The notes: a model not told the origin generated them from the sequence alone. DNA of 49,050 bases from Parcubacteria group bacterium GW2011_GWB1_40_14 (GCA_000996085.1 LBYG01000008.1:1-49050); one strand, 5' to 3'; shown: positions 20,029-31,422, counted from the first letter of the stretch. Translations and numbers: made by a program.

Positions 20029-20652
20029 TTATTTAACGACAGCACCTGTTTCATCAATAGATTTATTTTCGTGTACGACAGACAGAGCTTGATAGTACCA
20101 AAACCAAGCGTCTTTGTGCCCTCCTGTAAGAGAAAGTAGATGCGCAAATTCATGCGCAAGAAGATCTTCCAATCCTTTATCAGAACTCTTCATCATGTGG
20201 ACTCCCACAAGTATGCACGAATTGTCCCAAGCCATACCATCAAAAAGCTGATGAAAATCGGCCCAACTTATGCGCAAAGGAAGTATTTCTTCATCAAGCC
20301 AACCGTATTTGCGAGCGTAAGCTATATAGGCGCAGAGAGTATTTTCCACAAGCAATGCTCGCTTATTCCAGGCTTGATTGCCTGTATCAAAAATAACAAC
20401 TTCAGTATGGTCTGAGATTTGAGCTTCGGCTATAAAATAAAAACGTTCTAAAGTTTTGCGATGTACCAAAAGACCAGAAAATTTTCTGAATAACTTCAAA
20501 AAAATTCCCGTAAGAAAAATATCAGCAATTAATATAACCGCCAAAACATTAATAACCGTTTTAAGGTCTATATTAAATATTGGTAATGAAAACCCAAGCA
20601 CGGCGACCAGATAGCCATCTTGCAACATCTCATTTGCCCGCTTAGCTTTCAA
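20029..20652 (-). CDS. Membrane-anchored HExxH (SprT/YgjP-like) metalloprotein; start uncertain
   Basis: LLAHEFAHLL...GGHKDAWFWYY; N-terminal TMs. Confidence 0.65.
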   Translation of the reverse strand: MKAKRANEMLQDGYLVAVLGFSLPIFNIDLKTVINVLAVILIADIFLTGIFLKLFRKFSGLLVHRKTLERFYFIAEAQISDHTEVVIFDTGNQAWNKRALLVENTLCAYIAYARKYGWLDEEILPLRISWADFHQLFDGMAWDNSCILVGVHMMKSSDKGLEDLLAHEFAHLLSLTGGHKDAWFWYYQALSVVHENKSIDETGAVVK

Positions 20653-20842
20653 AAAGCTTTAGCTCTATCGTATACCATTTGATAAACATTTGTAAAATTT
20701 AACCAAAGAAAAACCGCCCAGCTCTACCCCACCCTAATTTCTATCGAAGTCTGTTAAATTTAAAAGCGTATTGTTTTACCAATACGCTTATTTTATCTGA
20801 TAAATTATTAAAATTAGAGCTGGGTAGGGCTGAACGGTCTAT

Positions 20843-21448
20843 TTATTTGGGAAAATCTATCGGGCTATTGAGAAGAATATCTTTGCAAGCCGCATAGTAA
20901 AATTTAAATTCCTCACCATGCACATCACTTTTAATATCGCATACCAGAAGATGCGCGCATTCATGAGACACCAAGTCATCGATTTCTTGTCGCGTATCTC
21001 CCATTACGTTAATCGCAAAAACTATACTTGATCTATCTTCTTTGGAATGCTTTTCTCCATCTTCGCGCATAGCAATGCCGCCGTACCACTTCATAGGATA
21101 AGTGCCAACACGCACCGGAAGACAGGAAACATTACATATCAAACAAAAATGAGCAGTAGACATTATCTGTTCGACGCGTCTAACTATATATTCGGCACGG
21201 CCATTCCAAAAAAAATTGTTTGGTTGATAAGCAATAACTTCGGTGTCTTTTGGAATATCCATATTCATAAGCGTGTTTAGGGCAAAATCCTCAACCGCAA
21301 TAAATTCATCTTCCCTTTCTTTTCTTATTTTCTTAAAACCTTGAGACCGCAAAGAAAATGTAAGATTCTTTTTCAAAGAATATCCCAGAGCGCCCAATAA
21401 TAAACAGATCAAAAGAATATTTATCAGAACTGTCCGATACTCGTCCAA
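20843..21448 (-). CDS. Membrane-anchored HExxH (SprT/YgjP-like) metalloprotein, paralog
   Basis: LVSHECAHLL...VHGEEFKFYY; N-terminal TM. Confidence 0.65.
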   Translation of the reverse strand: MDEYRTVLINILLICLLLGALGYSLKKNLTFSLRSQGFKKIRKEREDEFIAVEDFALNTLMNMDIPKDTEVIAYQPNNFFWNGRAEYIVRRVEQIMSTAHFCLICNVSCLPVRVGTYPMKWYGGIAMREDGEKHSKEDRSSIVFAINVMGDTRQEIDDLVSHECAHLLVCDIKSDVHGEEFKFYYAACKDILLNSPIDFPK

Positions 21449-21509
21449 TGGACCGTTCCTTTTTTAAGAACTGCTTGTTGTTGGTATAATATAACGAAAT
21501 TAATTAAAT

Positions 21510-21651
21510 TCAACCCCCACACCATTTTTGCGACAAGAATATTCGTAGATACCAATCTTTTAACCTTTAAACAATAATGCAAAAGTTTTGAAGTGTTACA
21601 ACACTCCAAAACCAATAGCTCGCTCTGCAAAAACTGGTGTGGGGGGGTCAA
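21510..21651. mobile_element. MITE with TCAA duplication, copy 4
   Basis: Close to copy 3; TCAA at both ends. Confidence 0.85.
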
Positions 21652-21692
21652 ATCTCGTAAAAATAAAACCGCCCTTTTGAAAAGACGGTTAT

Positions 21693-22352
21693 TTAAATTA
21701 AAATGCCTTCCTGATAAAGCGCGGCTATAAGTAACCCTTTGTCAGAATTTAATTCGAACATTTTTTCTTTTACTTCTTGCGCTGTTAAAGCGCGGGTTTC
21801 GCCAAACTTATCGTTCACGCGATGAAGTGCGTCATAAACATCGGCTAAAGCTACAACACGCGCGCAATCCAAGATAAGCAACTTGGTGCTTTCAGAATAC
21901 TTGTGAAGTTTTGATGGAAGACGTTTGGGATACCCGTTGTTCTGAAAACGGTGATGCTGAACTATAACATCTGCCGTGAAATCAAACTTGCCGCGCAACA
22001 TCCGCCATGACGCATTAACATGTTTGCGCAATTCATGCATATCTTCCGGTGTCCAACCCGAAATCTTACCCAGGCTCAAAGGCGAGACTTCACATTTACC
22101 GATATCGTGCAATGCTCCCGCAATAAATAACGGTTTCTGCGGCATATAAATAAATTTACCGATATCTGCTGCCAAAATAGCTACACGCAAGCAATGTTCG
22201 TAATGCAATTCAGTTATTTCGTTCTTTTCTTTTAATCTCTTAAGTAAATCTTGAATGCTTTTTGAGTCTTCTTCTGTAACACCCAATGCTATAGACCGTA
22301 TGTTAAAGTCTGTTTCAAGTCTGAACAATTTATAGTCTTTGAAAGTAGACAT
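21693..22352 (-). CDS. HD-GYP-like phosphohydrolase
   Basis: HCLRVA, LHDIGK, KHV, QHHRFQNNGYP, ADVYDAL. Confidence 0.85.
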   Translation of the reverse strand: MSTFKDYKLFRLETDFNIRSIALGVTEEDSKSIQDLLKRLKEKNEITELHYEHCLRVAILAADIGKFIYMPQKPLFIAGALHDIGKCEVSPLSLGKISGWTPEDMHELRKHVNASWRMLRGKFDFTADVIVQHHRFQNNGYPKRLPSKLHKYSESTKLLILDCARVVALADVYDALHRVNDKFGETRALTAQEVKEKMFELNSDKGLLIAALYQEGILI

Positions 22353-22585
22353 ATTGCTGCTCCGCATCAGTTTTAAAAGAACACCTACTTCATACCGCAA
22401 CAAAAAGAAAAATTCAACCAATTAAAAATCCGCCTAAATACTTAGCAGATAAAAATTATTTAGCTCTGTTAGAAAAAATATACTTGAGAACAACGTAGGA
22501 GCCGACAAGAATAACCGTATACCTTTTTAATGGTTCTATTTAAAAACTATCGTGGCTTATATATAAATATCAATGCGTTATTTTC

Positions 22586-23131
22586 TTACAATCGCAGTCC
22601 CAAATGCATGAAGCCCAGCATGAGCGCAGAAATAGTTTGAGCATCTCTTATTTTTTTATCCCGTATCATTTGCGCGATTGTTTTGAGATTGAATGCACGA
22701 ACGGCAACTATAGCCTCATCCGGCAAACCTGCTTGCTTCACTTTCTTCAATTTACGCGCAATATAAACATGTTCTACGCCATTTGAAATACCGCCTAACA
22801 TTTGAAAACTGCCCAACTTATTCCATTGCGCCGCTTCATATCCGGTTTCTTCCCATAATTCTCTTTTTGCCGCAGGAAGAAGCGCTTTGCCGTCAGAACT
22901 GCCTCCAGGCAATTCCCAGGAATATTTCCTTACCGGATAGCGATATTGCCGTATTAACATTATTTCTTTTTTATCAGTTACGGGCAGAACAATTACCGCC
23001 GGCATTACAGATACAAAATTATATATTCCCTTGGCACCGTCGGGCCGGATAACGCGGTCTTCGATTATATTAAAACGCGAATGAATATAGGTTTTGCGCG
23101 TAGATATTTTTTTCCAATTATATTTTGACAT
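22586..23131 (-). CDS. NUDIX hydrolase (ADP-ribose pyrophosphatase-like)
   Basis: RQYRYP, WELPGG...AAKRELWEETGY. Confidence 0.9.
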   Translation of the reverse strand: MSKYNWKKISTRKTYIHSRFNIIEDRVIRPDGAKGIYNFVSVMPAVIVLPVTDKKEIMLIRQYRYPVRKYSWELPGGSSDGKALLPAAKRELWEETGYEAAQWNKLGSFQMLGGISNGVEHVYIARKLKKVKQAGLPDEAIVAVRAFNLKTIAQMIRDKKIRDAQTISALMLGFMHLGLRL

Positions 23132-23163
23132 ACTTATTTTTTATATCTATTACAACTATATTT

Positions 23164-23850
23164 TTAATGCTTTTCCCGCCACGCCTTTATACTTGCGTGG
23201 TTACCGCCCAGCAAAACTCCTGGGACGATCCATTTAATCTTTTTATTTTTAGGATTAGGGTAAAAAATTTCGGGGCGAGTATATTGCGGATACTCCCCTT
23301 CTTTATCTTTCAGTGAAAACGATTCTTCCTTCAACGAATCTTTATTGCCCAATATTCCGGAGACCATTCTTGAAACAGAATCTATAATCGTTAAAGCCGG
23401 CAATTCCCCTCCTGATAAAACGTAAGGACCGACAGAAACTTCTTCGTCAGCAATATATTTAGCAACACGTTCATCCACGCCTTCGTAACGTCCGCATATT
23501 AAAATTAAATTCTCGTATTTTGATAAACGCTTGGCGTCTTGCTGGGTAAATTGTTTCCCTTTGGCGGAAAATAATATTATTCGTGTTTTGGAATTTGGAT
23601 TTTGTACTTTGAATTTCCGCGCGGTGACCGAGTTCACTGCGCGGTATATAGGCTCAATTTTCAACAACATGCCTGCCCCGCCGCCGTAAGGCTTTTCATC
23701 CACTGTGTGATGCCTATCCTTTGTAAATTTCCGGATATCAACGGTTTTAACCGAAATTTTCTTATTTTTTATAGCACGCGCCATAATAGACTCGCCCAAA
23801 TAAGGCGAGAACATATCCGGAAAAATTGTTAGAATAGTAAAACGCAACAT
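23164..23850 (-). CDS. trmD: tRNA (guanine37-N1)-methyltransferase
   Basis: PYGGGAGM, CGRYEGVDER, YVLSGGE, YPQYTRP. Confidence 0.97.
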   Translation of the reverse strand: MLRFTILTIFPDMFSPYLGESIMARAIKNKKISVKTVDIRKFTKDRHHTVDEKPYGGGAGMLLKIEPIYRAVNSVTARKFKVQNPNSKTRIILFSAKGKQFTQQDAKRLSKYENLILICGRYEGVDERVAKYIADEEVSVGPYVLSGGELPALTIIDSVSRMVSGILGNKDSLKEESFSLKDKEGEYPQYTRPEIFYPNPKNKKIKWIVPGVLLGGNHASIKAWREKH

Positions 23851-23881
23851 ATAATTTATATTATATCATTAAAGAATTATT

Positions 23882-24067
23882 TTAGGACTTATGCGCTTGG
23901 CTTTTTAAGCGGTTTTTGAGGTTGTTTTGGCATGGTTCCAGCTCTAATTTAATAAATTAGGGCTGGACAAAATAGCCGACCTGCTCCGACAGAACGTCGG
24001 AGAACCTCGGAGCGCTTCGCTGGAAGCGCGAGAATGAGCGAAAAAAGAGCAAGCGCATAGGTCCTAA
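23882..24067. mobile_element. Multi-stem structured element, copy A (copy B at 34861-35000)
   Basis: Terminal IR ttaggacttatgcgcttg/caagcgcataggtcctaa; junction motifs shared with copy B. Confidence 0.7.
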
Positions 24068-24179
24068 TAACATAAAAGCCCCAAATTATCCGTAAGGATA
24101 AGAGGGGCTTTTAAAAAATCTATTAAAATCTTACAGTTTCAACCCTTCGATAAACTCAGGGTTGCTGTAAAGCTAAACT

Positions 24180-24515
24180 TTACAGCTTTAGTTCGTCGAC
24201 TACACTCTCAACATCTTGAGAGGATGCCGCACGCATTCGATCGGGGCGAGGGCCTCGTCCACCTTCCGGCTCGTCGATCTTGAGATTTACACGAGCGTTG
24301 TTGCGCATGCCTACAATACGAAGCAATGTGCGGATGGATTTGGCAGTGCCACCGTTGCGGCCAATGATCTGACCCATATCTTCTGGGTTCACTTTGAGAG
24401 TAAGTAATACTCCCATTTCATCAACCTTGCGATCTACACTGACGTCGTCAGCGTGATCTACGATCGAACGCACTACGTAATCGAGAAACTGCTGATCATG
24501 GTGTTTTTCGGCCAT
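24180..24515 (-). CDS. khpA: KH-domain RNA-binding protein
   Basis: DMGQIIGRNGGTAKSIRTLL; located between rpsP and trmD. Confidence 0.92.
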   Translation of the reverse strand: MAEKHHDQQFLDYVVRSIVDHADDVSVDRKVDEMGVLLTLKVNPEDMGQIIGRNGGTAKSIRTLLRIVGMRNNARVNLKIDEPEGGRGPRPDRMRAASSQDVESVVDELKL

Positions 24516-24756
24516 ATCTTTGCAATCTGATTAACAGTAAAAAATAATTTTCATTGAAATGACTGTCGACCAATTTCCTCCTTCGCACAAGGCTTGGGAT
24601 TACACTGCAGCCATTCATCCAAATTTCTATGCAGTATTATATCAAATATTTAAAATAAGTCAACCCAGCTCTAATTTTATACCTAGAAAATACAACCTTA
24701 CCCAGATTATGTTTTCGATTTAGAAATCTTATCTAAATAACAAATTCTTTACAAAA

Positions 24757-25212
24757 TTAGGGTTGAGCTTCTTCTTTAACTTCTTCTGCGGATGGTTCAG
24801 CTTTTATTTCTTCAACTTCAACAGGAACTTCTTCACTTACAACTTCTTCTGCTTGCGTCTCCTCTGCAACTTCAACTTTAGGGGTTTCAACAACTACTTC
24901 TTGCGCTACCGGCGCCGCAGCTTCAACAACCGCTTCTTTAACCGGTACGGCATGCTTATGATTTTGTATTTTCTTGCCTTCAATTACTTTTGAAGAGATC
25001 AATAAATTATGAACGGTTGGAGTAGGTTTTGCGCCCTGAGATATCCAGTAAAGAACTCTTTCATTATCAAAAGCCACGTTGCCACGCTTAACATCATAGG
25101 TACCTACCTTCTCCATATATTTTCCGCGAGGCGGGCCTTTCTTCTCGGTCACAACAACACGAAACGATGGATCGTTCCTGCGGCCGACTCTTTGTAGTCT
25201 TACAATCAACAT
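24757..25212 (-). CDS. rpsP: 30S ribosomal protein S16 with acidic C-terminal extension
   Basis: RLQRVGRRNDPSFRVVV, YWISQGAKPTPTV. Confidence 0.97.
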   Translation of the reverse strand: MLIVRLQRVGRRNDPSFRVVVTEKKGPPRGKYMEKVGTYDVKRGNVAFDNERVLYWISQGAKPTPTVHNLLISSKVIEGKKIQNHKHAVPVKEAVVEAAAPVAQEVVVETPKVEVAEETQAEEVVSEEVPVEVEEIKAEPSAEEVKEEAQP

Positions 25213-25254
25213 AAAATATAACGAATTTTAGTTTAACGTTATGAATTAAGGGTG

Positions 25255-25390
25255 TCAACCCCGCACTATTTTTACGGAACTTATATATAGCAAGGCTTCA
25301 ATCAAAAACGGTTGCGCCACTGCAAAAGTTTTGGAGTATTGCTACGCTCCAAAACTGTTAATTCGTTTAGTAAAAATAGTGCGGGGTCAA
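25255..25390. mobile_element. MITE with TCAA duplication, copy 5, on the rpsP -35
   Basis: ccccgcacta/tagtgcgggg IRs; the left TCAA is part of TTGACA-17-TAAACT. Confidence 0.85.
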
Positions 25391-25444
25391 CCCAAAAAAA
25401 TAAAAAGCTCTTCGTTTGAGAAGAGCTTTTAAAAAACAGTTGAA

Positions 25445-27358
25445 TTAGGCGTTTTGCAGTTTTGGCTTGCCGTGGGAATTCTCCTTTGGGGGCAGATCAG
25501 CAAAGATCTTTTCGAATTCTTCACGATAAACAGTCTCTTGGACAAGAAGTTTCTGAACAAGCGTTTCCAGTCTGTCTTTATACTGCGTGAGAGTTTCTCT
25601 GGCTCGTTCTCTGCCGCGATCAAGAATTTTCTTGATCTCTTCATCGATCAGTTTTGCAACCTCTTCTGAATAATTGCGCTGTTCACTAATATCACGGCCA
25701 AGGAAAATCATGGAATCGCGCTTACCAAAAGTTCGCGTGCCCAAACTTTCACTCATGCCGTACTGCATAACCATGTTTCGCGCAATTTCAGTTGCTTTTT
25801 CTATATCGTTTGAAGCGCCGGTTGTAACGTCACCGAAAATCATTCGCTCAGCTACATTACCGCCAAGCAATCCGGCGATTTGATCCTCAAACTCGGCTTG
25901 AGATCTGAGATAACGATCTTCCGTTGGAAGAGCCATAGTATAACCCAGGGTCATACCGCGGCTAATGATAGTAACTTTAGCTACCGGATCACATTTTGGA
26001 AGTATGCGCTGCACGATAGCGTGTCCGCTTTCGTGATAGGCAATAATGAGCTTCTCTGGCTCGGAAATGATCCGGCTTTTACGCTCAGGACCGGCAACCG
26101 CGCGTTCTATAGCTTCCAGAAACTCGCTCATACCGATGAGTTTAAGGTTTCTGCGGGCAGAAAGAATCGCGGCCTCATTCACTACGCCTGCAATGTCAGC
26201 ACCCGAGAAGCCGGGACACTGTCTTGCTAATTCTTCAAGATCAACTTCTTTGCTGATCAACTTGCCTCGTGCATGAACTTGGAAAATTGCAAGCCGACCT
26301 TTAAGGTCTGGCTTGTCTACGATGACCTGACGGTCAAATCTTCCGGGTCGAAGTAATGCGGGATCCAAAATATCAGGCCGGTTCGTTGCAGCCAACACGA
26401 TTATATTCGTGCTCTGCTCAAACCCGTCCATTTCAACAAGGATCTGGTTTAAGGTTTGTTCGCGTTCGTCGTGACTGCCGCCAAGACCGGATCCGCGTTG
26501 ACGTCCAACCGCATCGATCTCATCTACGAAAACAATTGCCGGACTATTTTTCCTGGCCTGCTCGAAAAGATCGCGCACGCGAGCGGCACCAACACCAACA
26601 AACATTTCAACAAATTCGGAACCCGAAATGCTGAAAAAAGAAGCACCGGCTTCTCCGGCAACCGCTCTTGCGATCAGAGTTTTTCCGCATCCCGGAGGGC
26701 CTACCAACAGAGCGCCTCTGGGCATCTTTGCGCCCAGGGTATTGAATTTCTCAGGATACTTAAGAAATTCCACTATCTCCTGAAGTTCTTGTTTTGCTTC
26801 CTCAACTCCGGCTACATCAGAAAACCTGACAGTACTTTTGCCATGAGTGTGGCGCGCACGCGAGCGGCCAAAATTCATCGCGTTATTATTCTGCTGCTGA
26901 TTTTTTTTCATAATGTACCAAAAAATTCCCAAGATAACCAAAATAGGAATGCCTACTGATATAAGCATTTGTATTAGTCCGTCGTCTGAAGGTGGTAGAC
27001 CGGAAATCGTAGGACCTTGACCTTCGTTCTGACACTTGGCTCCGGATTCAGCACAGACAGAAGTTATATCGGCTCGGATATCGGTGGTCAAAGCTCCCGG
27101 CACAGCAGACGTAACTGACGTGCCGGAACTAATATCTAAAGCCTTTTCCCCGTCTTCGGTGATTTTCAGCAAAAGTTTTCCGCTTTGCTCCTGCTCTACT
27201 TCAGTAACATACCCATCTTTTACTAAAGTCAAAAAAGAATTTTCAGCGTTATCGTAAGGGACAATTATTTCACCTTTTGAAAAAAAGCTTCCAAAAAGCA
27301 TCATTCCAAATACAATGACAAGCATTATCATAAGCATTCTTTTGGTATTGGGATTCAT
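25445..27358 (-). CDS. ftsH: ATP-dependent zinc metalloprotease FtsH
   Basis: Two TMs, [39 protein letters not shown]. Confidence 0.97.
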   Translation of the reverse strand: MNPNTKRMLMIMLVIVFGMMLFGSFFSKGEIIVPYDNAENSFLTLVKDGYVTEVEQEQSGKLLLKITEDGEKALDISSGTSVTSAVPGALTTDIRADITSVCAESGAKCQNEGQGPTISGLPPSDDGLIQMLISVGIPILVILGIFWYIMKKNQQQNNNAMNFGRSRARHTHGKSTVRFSDVAGVEEAKQELQEIVEFLKYPEKFNTLGAKMPRGALLVGPPGCGKTLIARAVAGEAGASFFSISGSEFVEMFVGVGAARVRDLFEQARKNSPAIVFVDEIDAVGRQRGSGLGGSHDEREQTLNQILVEMDGFEQSTNIIVLAATNRPDILDPALLRPGRFDRQVIVDKPDLKGRLAIFQVHARGKLISKEVDLEELARQCPGFSGADIAGVVNEAAILSARRNLKLIGMSEFLEAIERAVAGPERKSRIISEPEKLIIAYHESGHAIVQRILPKCDPVAKVTIISRGMTLGYTMALPTEDRYLRSQAEFEDQIAGLLGGNVAERMIFGDVTTGASNDIEKATEIARNMVMQYGMSESLGTRTFGKRDSMIFLGRDISEQRNYSEEVAKLIDEEIKKILDRGRERARETLTQYKDRLETLVQKLLVQETVYREEFEKIFADLPPKENSHGKPKLQNA

Positions 27359-27540
27359 GGACGCCTCGCCTTTTTATTTCAACGTGCTCAAAGTTTGGGG
27401 TTAATATAACATAAGATAAAGAAAAGGCAATATGTCTTACGGTGTTTTTTCAAATTAAAATCCCGATTTTTTGAATCGGGATTTATTTTAATTAAAATTA
27501 AAAACCCAAACCGGTTAGTTTGGGTTTATTTACTAATTAT

Positions 27541-28449
27541 TTATGGCTTATCTTTTTCTAGATCCTCAAGCAATGTGGTCGGATCCACGATTATGCCTTC
27601 ACCGCTTGGCATGATGGCGATCTTAATGTTGTCTGCCAGCTTCTGCAAAGCCTGAAACTGAATCAACATCGGCGTCAACGATTTAGCTAGGGCCTCGTTG
27701 GCCAAAGCCTGACCTTGGGCTTCGATGCTCAAAGCGTCAGCCTTACCCCTGGCAACTTCCCTGGCCTGCTCGGCTTCGTGTCTCCTCTGCATAATGCGCT
27801 GCTCCTCACGCAAAGTATTTTGCGTAGCGATCTGCGCTTCCTCAATGGCTTTATCAAAGTCTGCGCTAAATGTTATATCGTCAATAAGCACATCAACGAG
27901 CGTAATTGAATACTGATCCAATTCTTTCCTGAGTTTACTGGCCACGTCCTTACCAAGCTTTTCGCGTTCTGGCTGAACATCCAACGCTTCATACTTAACT
28001 ACTTCGTCCTTCAGGATATTTTTTACGCGAGGAACGATGATCACTTCATAATAATTAGGACCTACATTCCGGTACAGCGTCTGGACGTTCTCCGGCGCAA
28101 CCTGGAAGTTAACGCTGACGTTAGTGAGAAATATTTTCTGGTTTTCCTTACTGTCTGAATCAAGCGATTCAAATGAACCATTCTGAATCTGAATGTTGGC
28201 TAGCTGCATATCTTGCCACGGAGCAATGACCTGCAAACCCTCACCGAATTGACCGGTAATTGCGCCGAAATTGTAGACAACTCCCACCCACCCTGAATCA
28301 ATTGTCTTAACCGAACTGAACAGCGTAATGACAAGAGCGCCTGACGCAAGACCAATTAAAACTATTTTTTTATATTGCAGGTCTTTCACAAAAAAAATGA
28401 CTCCGATGCCTCCCAAAACCACAGCAATAATTATCATGATCCAAAACAT
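27541..28449 (-). CDS. SPFH/prohibitin family protein
   Basis: N-terminal TMs, GWVGVVYNFG...EGLQVIAPW, DKAIEEAQIA coiled coil. Confidence 0.9.
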   Translation of the reverse strand: MFWIMIIIAVVLGGIGVIFFVKDLQYKKIVLIGLASGALVITLFSSVKTIDSGWVGVVYNFGAITGQFGEGLQVIAPWQDMQLANIQIQNGSFESLDSDSKENQKIFLTNVSVNFQVAPENVQTLYRNVGPNYYEVIIVPRVKNILKDEVVKYEALDVQPEREKLGKDVASKLRKELDQYSITLVDVLIDDITFSADFDKAIEEAQIATQNTLREEQRIMQRRHEAEQAREVARGKADALSIEAQGQALANEALAKSLTPMLIQFQALQKLADNIKIAIMPSGEGIIVDPTTLLEDLEKDKP

Positions 28450-28687
28450 TTCATGCTCCTTTCTATTAGTGCTGACCTTTAACGCGCACAAACACTTGTT
28501 AACGCGCCGATTAGCGTGATTACAAAGAACCGAACGATTTAAATTATGTTTAACAAATACCTAATTTTTTGTCAACCCAGTTAAAAACCTATCAATAAGC
28601 TTTTGGTTAGGCTTTAATATAAAACATTTCAGACGATTTGGAAATAAAAAAGAAATCCTCCGAGTTAATCGGAGGATAAATTTATAT

Positions 28688-30763
28688 TTACGTAGGCAAT
28701 GCGGAAGTTTCTTCCTTGTCATCATCAACAGTTTCAGATTTCTGAAATAATCTGGCTTCAGTGTTCTTAACTGCTTCGGTGCCTGCAAAATTCTTGATGA
28801 ACTCTTTGATAAGTGCTTCACCTTCAAGTGTTTCAGCCCTTATAACTTCTGCAACAAGCCCCTCAAAACCAACCATATTGTCTTCAATGGCATGGCGTGC
28901 CGTATCTTTAGCCTGGTTGATAATGATAGCGATATTGTTATCTATCTTATCCTGCGTTTCCTGACTGAAACTACGAATAAGGTTATTCTCTTCAATATCG
29001 TATGTTCTAGTGGGCAAGTCATCACCCATGGCAAAATCGGTAACCATGCGCCGGGCCAAACGAGTAGCTTGTTTTAAATCGCTGCTTGGGCCAGTAGTAA
29101 TATCGCCTTTGAGAAGAATATCTTCAGCCACAAAACCGCCGTAATCGCTTGCAAGTTCAACCAAGAGATCGCTTTTGCTTTGCAGTAAAATATCACGGTC
29201 TGGCGTATACCAGGTCAAGCCTAAGGCGCGACCACGAGCCACAATGCTTATTTTATCGGGTATAGCATAACCCCTACTTGCAAAGAAACGCGCCACCGCA
29301 TGGCCACATTCATGCCAAGCGATCAATTTCTTCTCTGATTCCGTAAGAAGACGGGTCTTCTTTTCCGGACCGGCAACAATTCTATCTATGGCATCATCGA
29401 TATCTTTTGACAATATTTCATTGCCGTTCCTACGTGAAGCAAGTATGGCTGCCTCGTTCAAAACGTTTGCCAAATCAGCGCCAGAGAACCCCGGCGTTCT
29501 TTTGGCGATATCATATAGCTTAACCGCTTTGGCCAATTTCTTTCCCTTAGCGTGCACCTTAAGAATAGCTACACGACCCTTACGATCAGGAATGTCTACC
29601 ATAACTTGGCGGTCAAAACGACCTGGACGCAAAAGGCTTGGATCAAGAACATCTGGCCGGTTTGTGGCGCCTATGATCATTACACCATTTCTAATGTCAA
29701 ACCCATCCATTTCATGAAGAAGGGCGTTAAGTGTCTGAGCATACTCATCGCCGCCACCACCCATGGTTTGACTGCCGCGTTTTCGTCCAACCGCATCGAT
29801 CTCATCTATGAACACCACGCAAGGCGAATTGGCCCGCGCTGTTTCAAAAAGTTTCCTGATACGCGATGAACCAACGCCCACAAACATCTCAACAAAATCA
29901 GAACCGTTCGCTGAAAAGAACGGAACCCTAGCTGTACCCGCAACGGCTCTAGCAAGAAGGGTCTTGCCAGTACCGGGAGGACCGATAAGCAAGACACCTC
30001 TTGGCATACGCGCGCCAAGAGAAGTAAACTTCTCAGGATTTTTTAGGAAGTCCACGACTTCTTCAAGTTCAATCTTAGCCTCGTCCACTCCGGCAACATC
30101 TTTAAAGGTCACCTGTTCGATGCTAACACGCGAAGCGCCTGGGTTATCTGAAGATGACTGATGACCAGTCTGATTCTTATTTTTATCTTCGAATTTACGC
30201 CCATTGTTCGTGGGTGGATTGCTTCTAAGACGCCCAACAAACCGTAATATTAAAAAAATCCCACCTAAAAGCAACCCAAACATTAGAAAGCTAGATATTG
30301 GATTTCCGGGCTGCGGAGGCGGCGGAACTTTTTCCTCCTCTTTAATAATCTCGTACTCAAAGCGATTGGCGTCCGTAATAACTATTCCTTCTAGCGGCAA
30401 CAGATCAACCTTCAAATCCGTATTATTTGGTATATAAACAGATTCCTGAATATCATTTTTCAGTGTAACGATAAGCGTGACACCCCTTGCCACAACCTTC
30501 TTCACTTCACCATTTCTTATCTGATCATAAAGTTTTGTGAGAGGTTCCGTGCGAGGCGGACAATTTCGGCCACTGCATGGCACCGGAGTTGCGTATGAAT
30601 CAAACGTAGGTTGCGCGGTTGGATATGATTCTGTCTTTGGAGTGAGTTGATAAGAAGAACTTATTCCAACGGTTAAAACACGTAATACAAAAAAAGAAAA
30701 AATAACAGAAAAGGTTATGAGCAATATGATCACTAAGTCTTTAGGAATATTCGGGTGTTTCAC
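28688..30763 (-). CDS. ftsH: Second FtsH paralog
   Basis: [32 protein letters not shown]; divergent N-terminus. Confidence 0.93.
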   Translation of the reverse strand: MKHPNIPKDLVIILLITFSVIFSFFVLRVLTVGISSSYQLTPKTESYPTAQPTFDSYATPVPCSGRNCPPRTEPLTKLYDQIRNGEVKKVVARGVTLIVTLKNDIQESVYIPNNTDLKVDLLPLEGIVITDANRFEYEIIKEEEKVPPPPQPGNPISSFLMFGLLLGGIFLILRFVGRLRSNPPTNNGRKFEDKNKNQTGHQSSSDNPGASRVSIEQVTFKDVAGVDEAKIELEEVVDFLKNPEKFTSLGARMPRGVLLIGPPGTGKTLLARAVAGTARVPFFSANGSDFVEMFVGVGSSRIRKLFETARANSPCVVFIDEIDAVGRKRGSQTMGGGGDEYAQTLNALLHEMDGFDIRNGVMIIGATNRPDVLDPSLLRPGRFDRQVMVDIPDRKGRVAILKVHAKGKKLAKAVKLYDIAKRTPGFSGADLANVLNEAAILASRRNGNEILSKDIDDAIDRIVAGPEKKTRLLTESEKKLIAWHECGHAVARFFASRGYAIPDKISIVARGRALGLTWYTPDRDILLQSKSDLLVELASDYGGFVAEDILLKGDITTGPSSDLKQATRLARRMVTDFAMGDDLPTRTYDIEENNLIRSFSQETQDKIDNNIAIIINQAKDTARHAIEDNMVGFEGLVAEVIRAETLEGEALIKEFIKNFAGTEAVKNTEARLFQKSETVDDDKEETSALPT

Positions 30764-30833
30764 GCGTCATCCCTCATTCTATATTGTAAAGATGCTTATT
30801 TTACAAAAAGCATACCATCATCTAATAAAAAAT

Positions 30834-30878
30834 CAACCCCGTTAGAAATCCGCCCTGTCGCAAACTCTAACGGGGCAA
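30834..30878. mobile_element. cccgttaga/tctaacggg element on the ftsH-2 -35 (CAA duplication); family also at 2908 and 33607
   Basis: caa-[ccccgttaga...tctaacgggg]-caa; minus strand reads TTGATT...TGGTATGCT. Confidence 0.7.
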
Positions 30879-30922
30879 GGCCCTTTACTCATTATCAAAA
30901 AATCCCAATGATATACAAAATT

Positions 30923-31282
30923 TTATTCGAAAGGATTGGTTTCTATCTCAGGCTTAAACATGTTTACAAACTCCATCTTATATTCTTCTCCGAAACACGC
31001 TTGCATAGCTCCCGCTACATTAAAATGTGCGTCAAATGGTTTAGTGTCTTGAGGGGGATGTATTTCAAGCCTGCTTCCCCTATTATCTATAATAAAACCT
31101 TCCCCTAGCATGGCTTTTAGTTTTTCAACAAATTGTTGTGGGATAAAATTCCCTGAAGAGCCGTATCCTTCAAAATTAACAGTATATTCATGTTCGTGTC
31201 CCGGTCCTGCCCAGGCAACCCAGGATTTTGGTTTGGCCTGTTCTCTTCCCTCAAGATTTTTTGATAATTCAGGATTTTCCAT
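30923..31282 (-). CDS. Hypothetical protein
   Basis: 119-aa ORF; its start codon is duplicated by the adjacent MITE. Confidence 0.7.
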   Translation of the reverse strand: MENPELSKNLEGREQAKPKSWVAWAGPGHEHEYTVNFEGYGSSGNFIPQQFVEKLKAMLGEGFIIDNRGSRLEIHPPQDTKPFDAHFNVAGAMQACFGEEYKMEFVNMFKPEIETNPFE

Positions 31283-31420
31283 ACCAGGTAGTAGAAATTA
31301 GACTAATTTATCTATAAAATAGCGAATTTCTAATTAAAATTAATTATTAAAAATTTTATTAACTTAACCAGGTATTTTTGTTCCGCAAAGCGGAACGGTC
31401 TAATTTTCACTACCTGGCAT
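31280..31420. mobile_element. 135-bp MITE ACCAGGTAGTAG...TCACTACCTGG with CAT duplication
   Basis: Close copy at 42338-42477; CAT on both sides. Confidence 0.85.
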
Positions 31421-31422
31421 AA

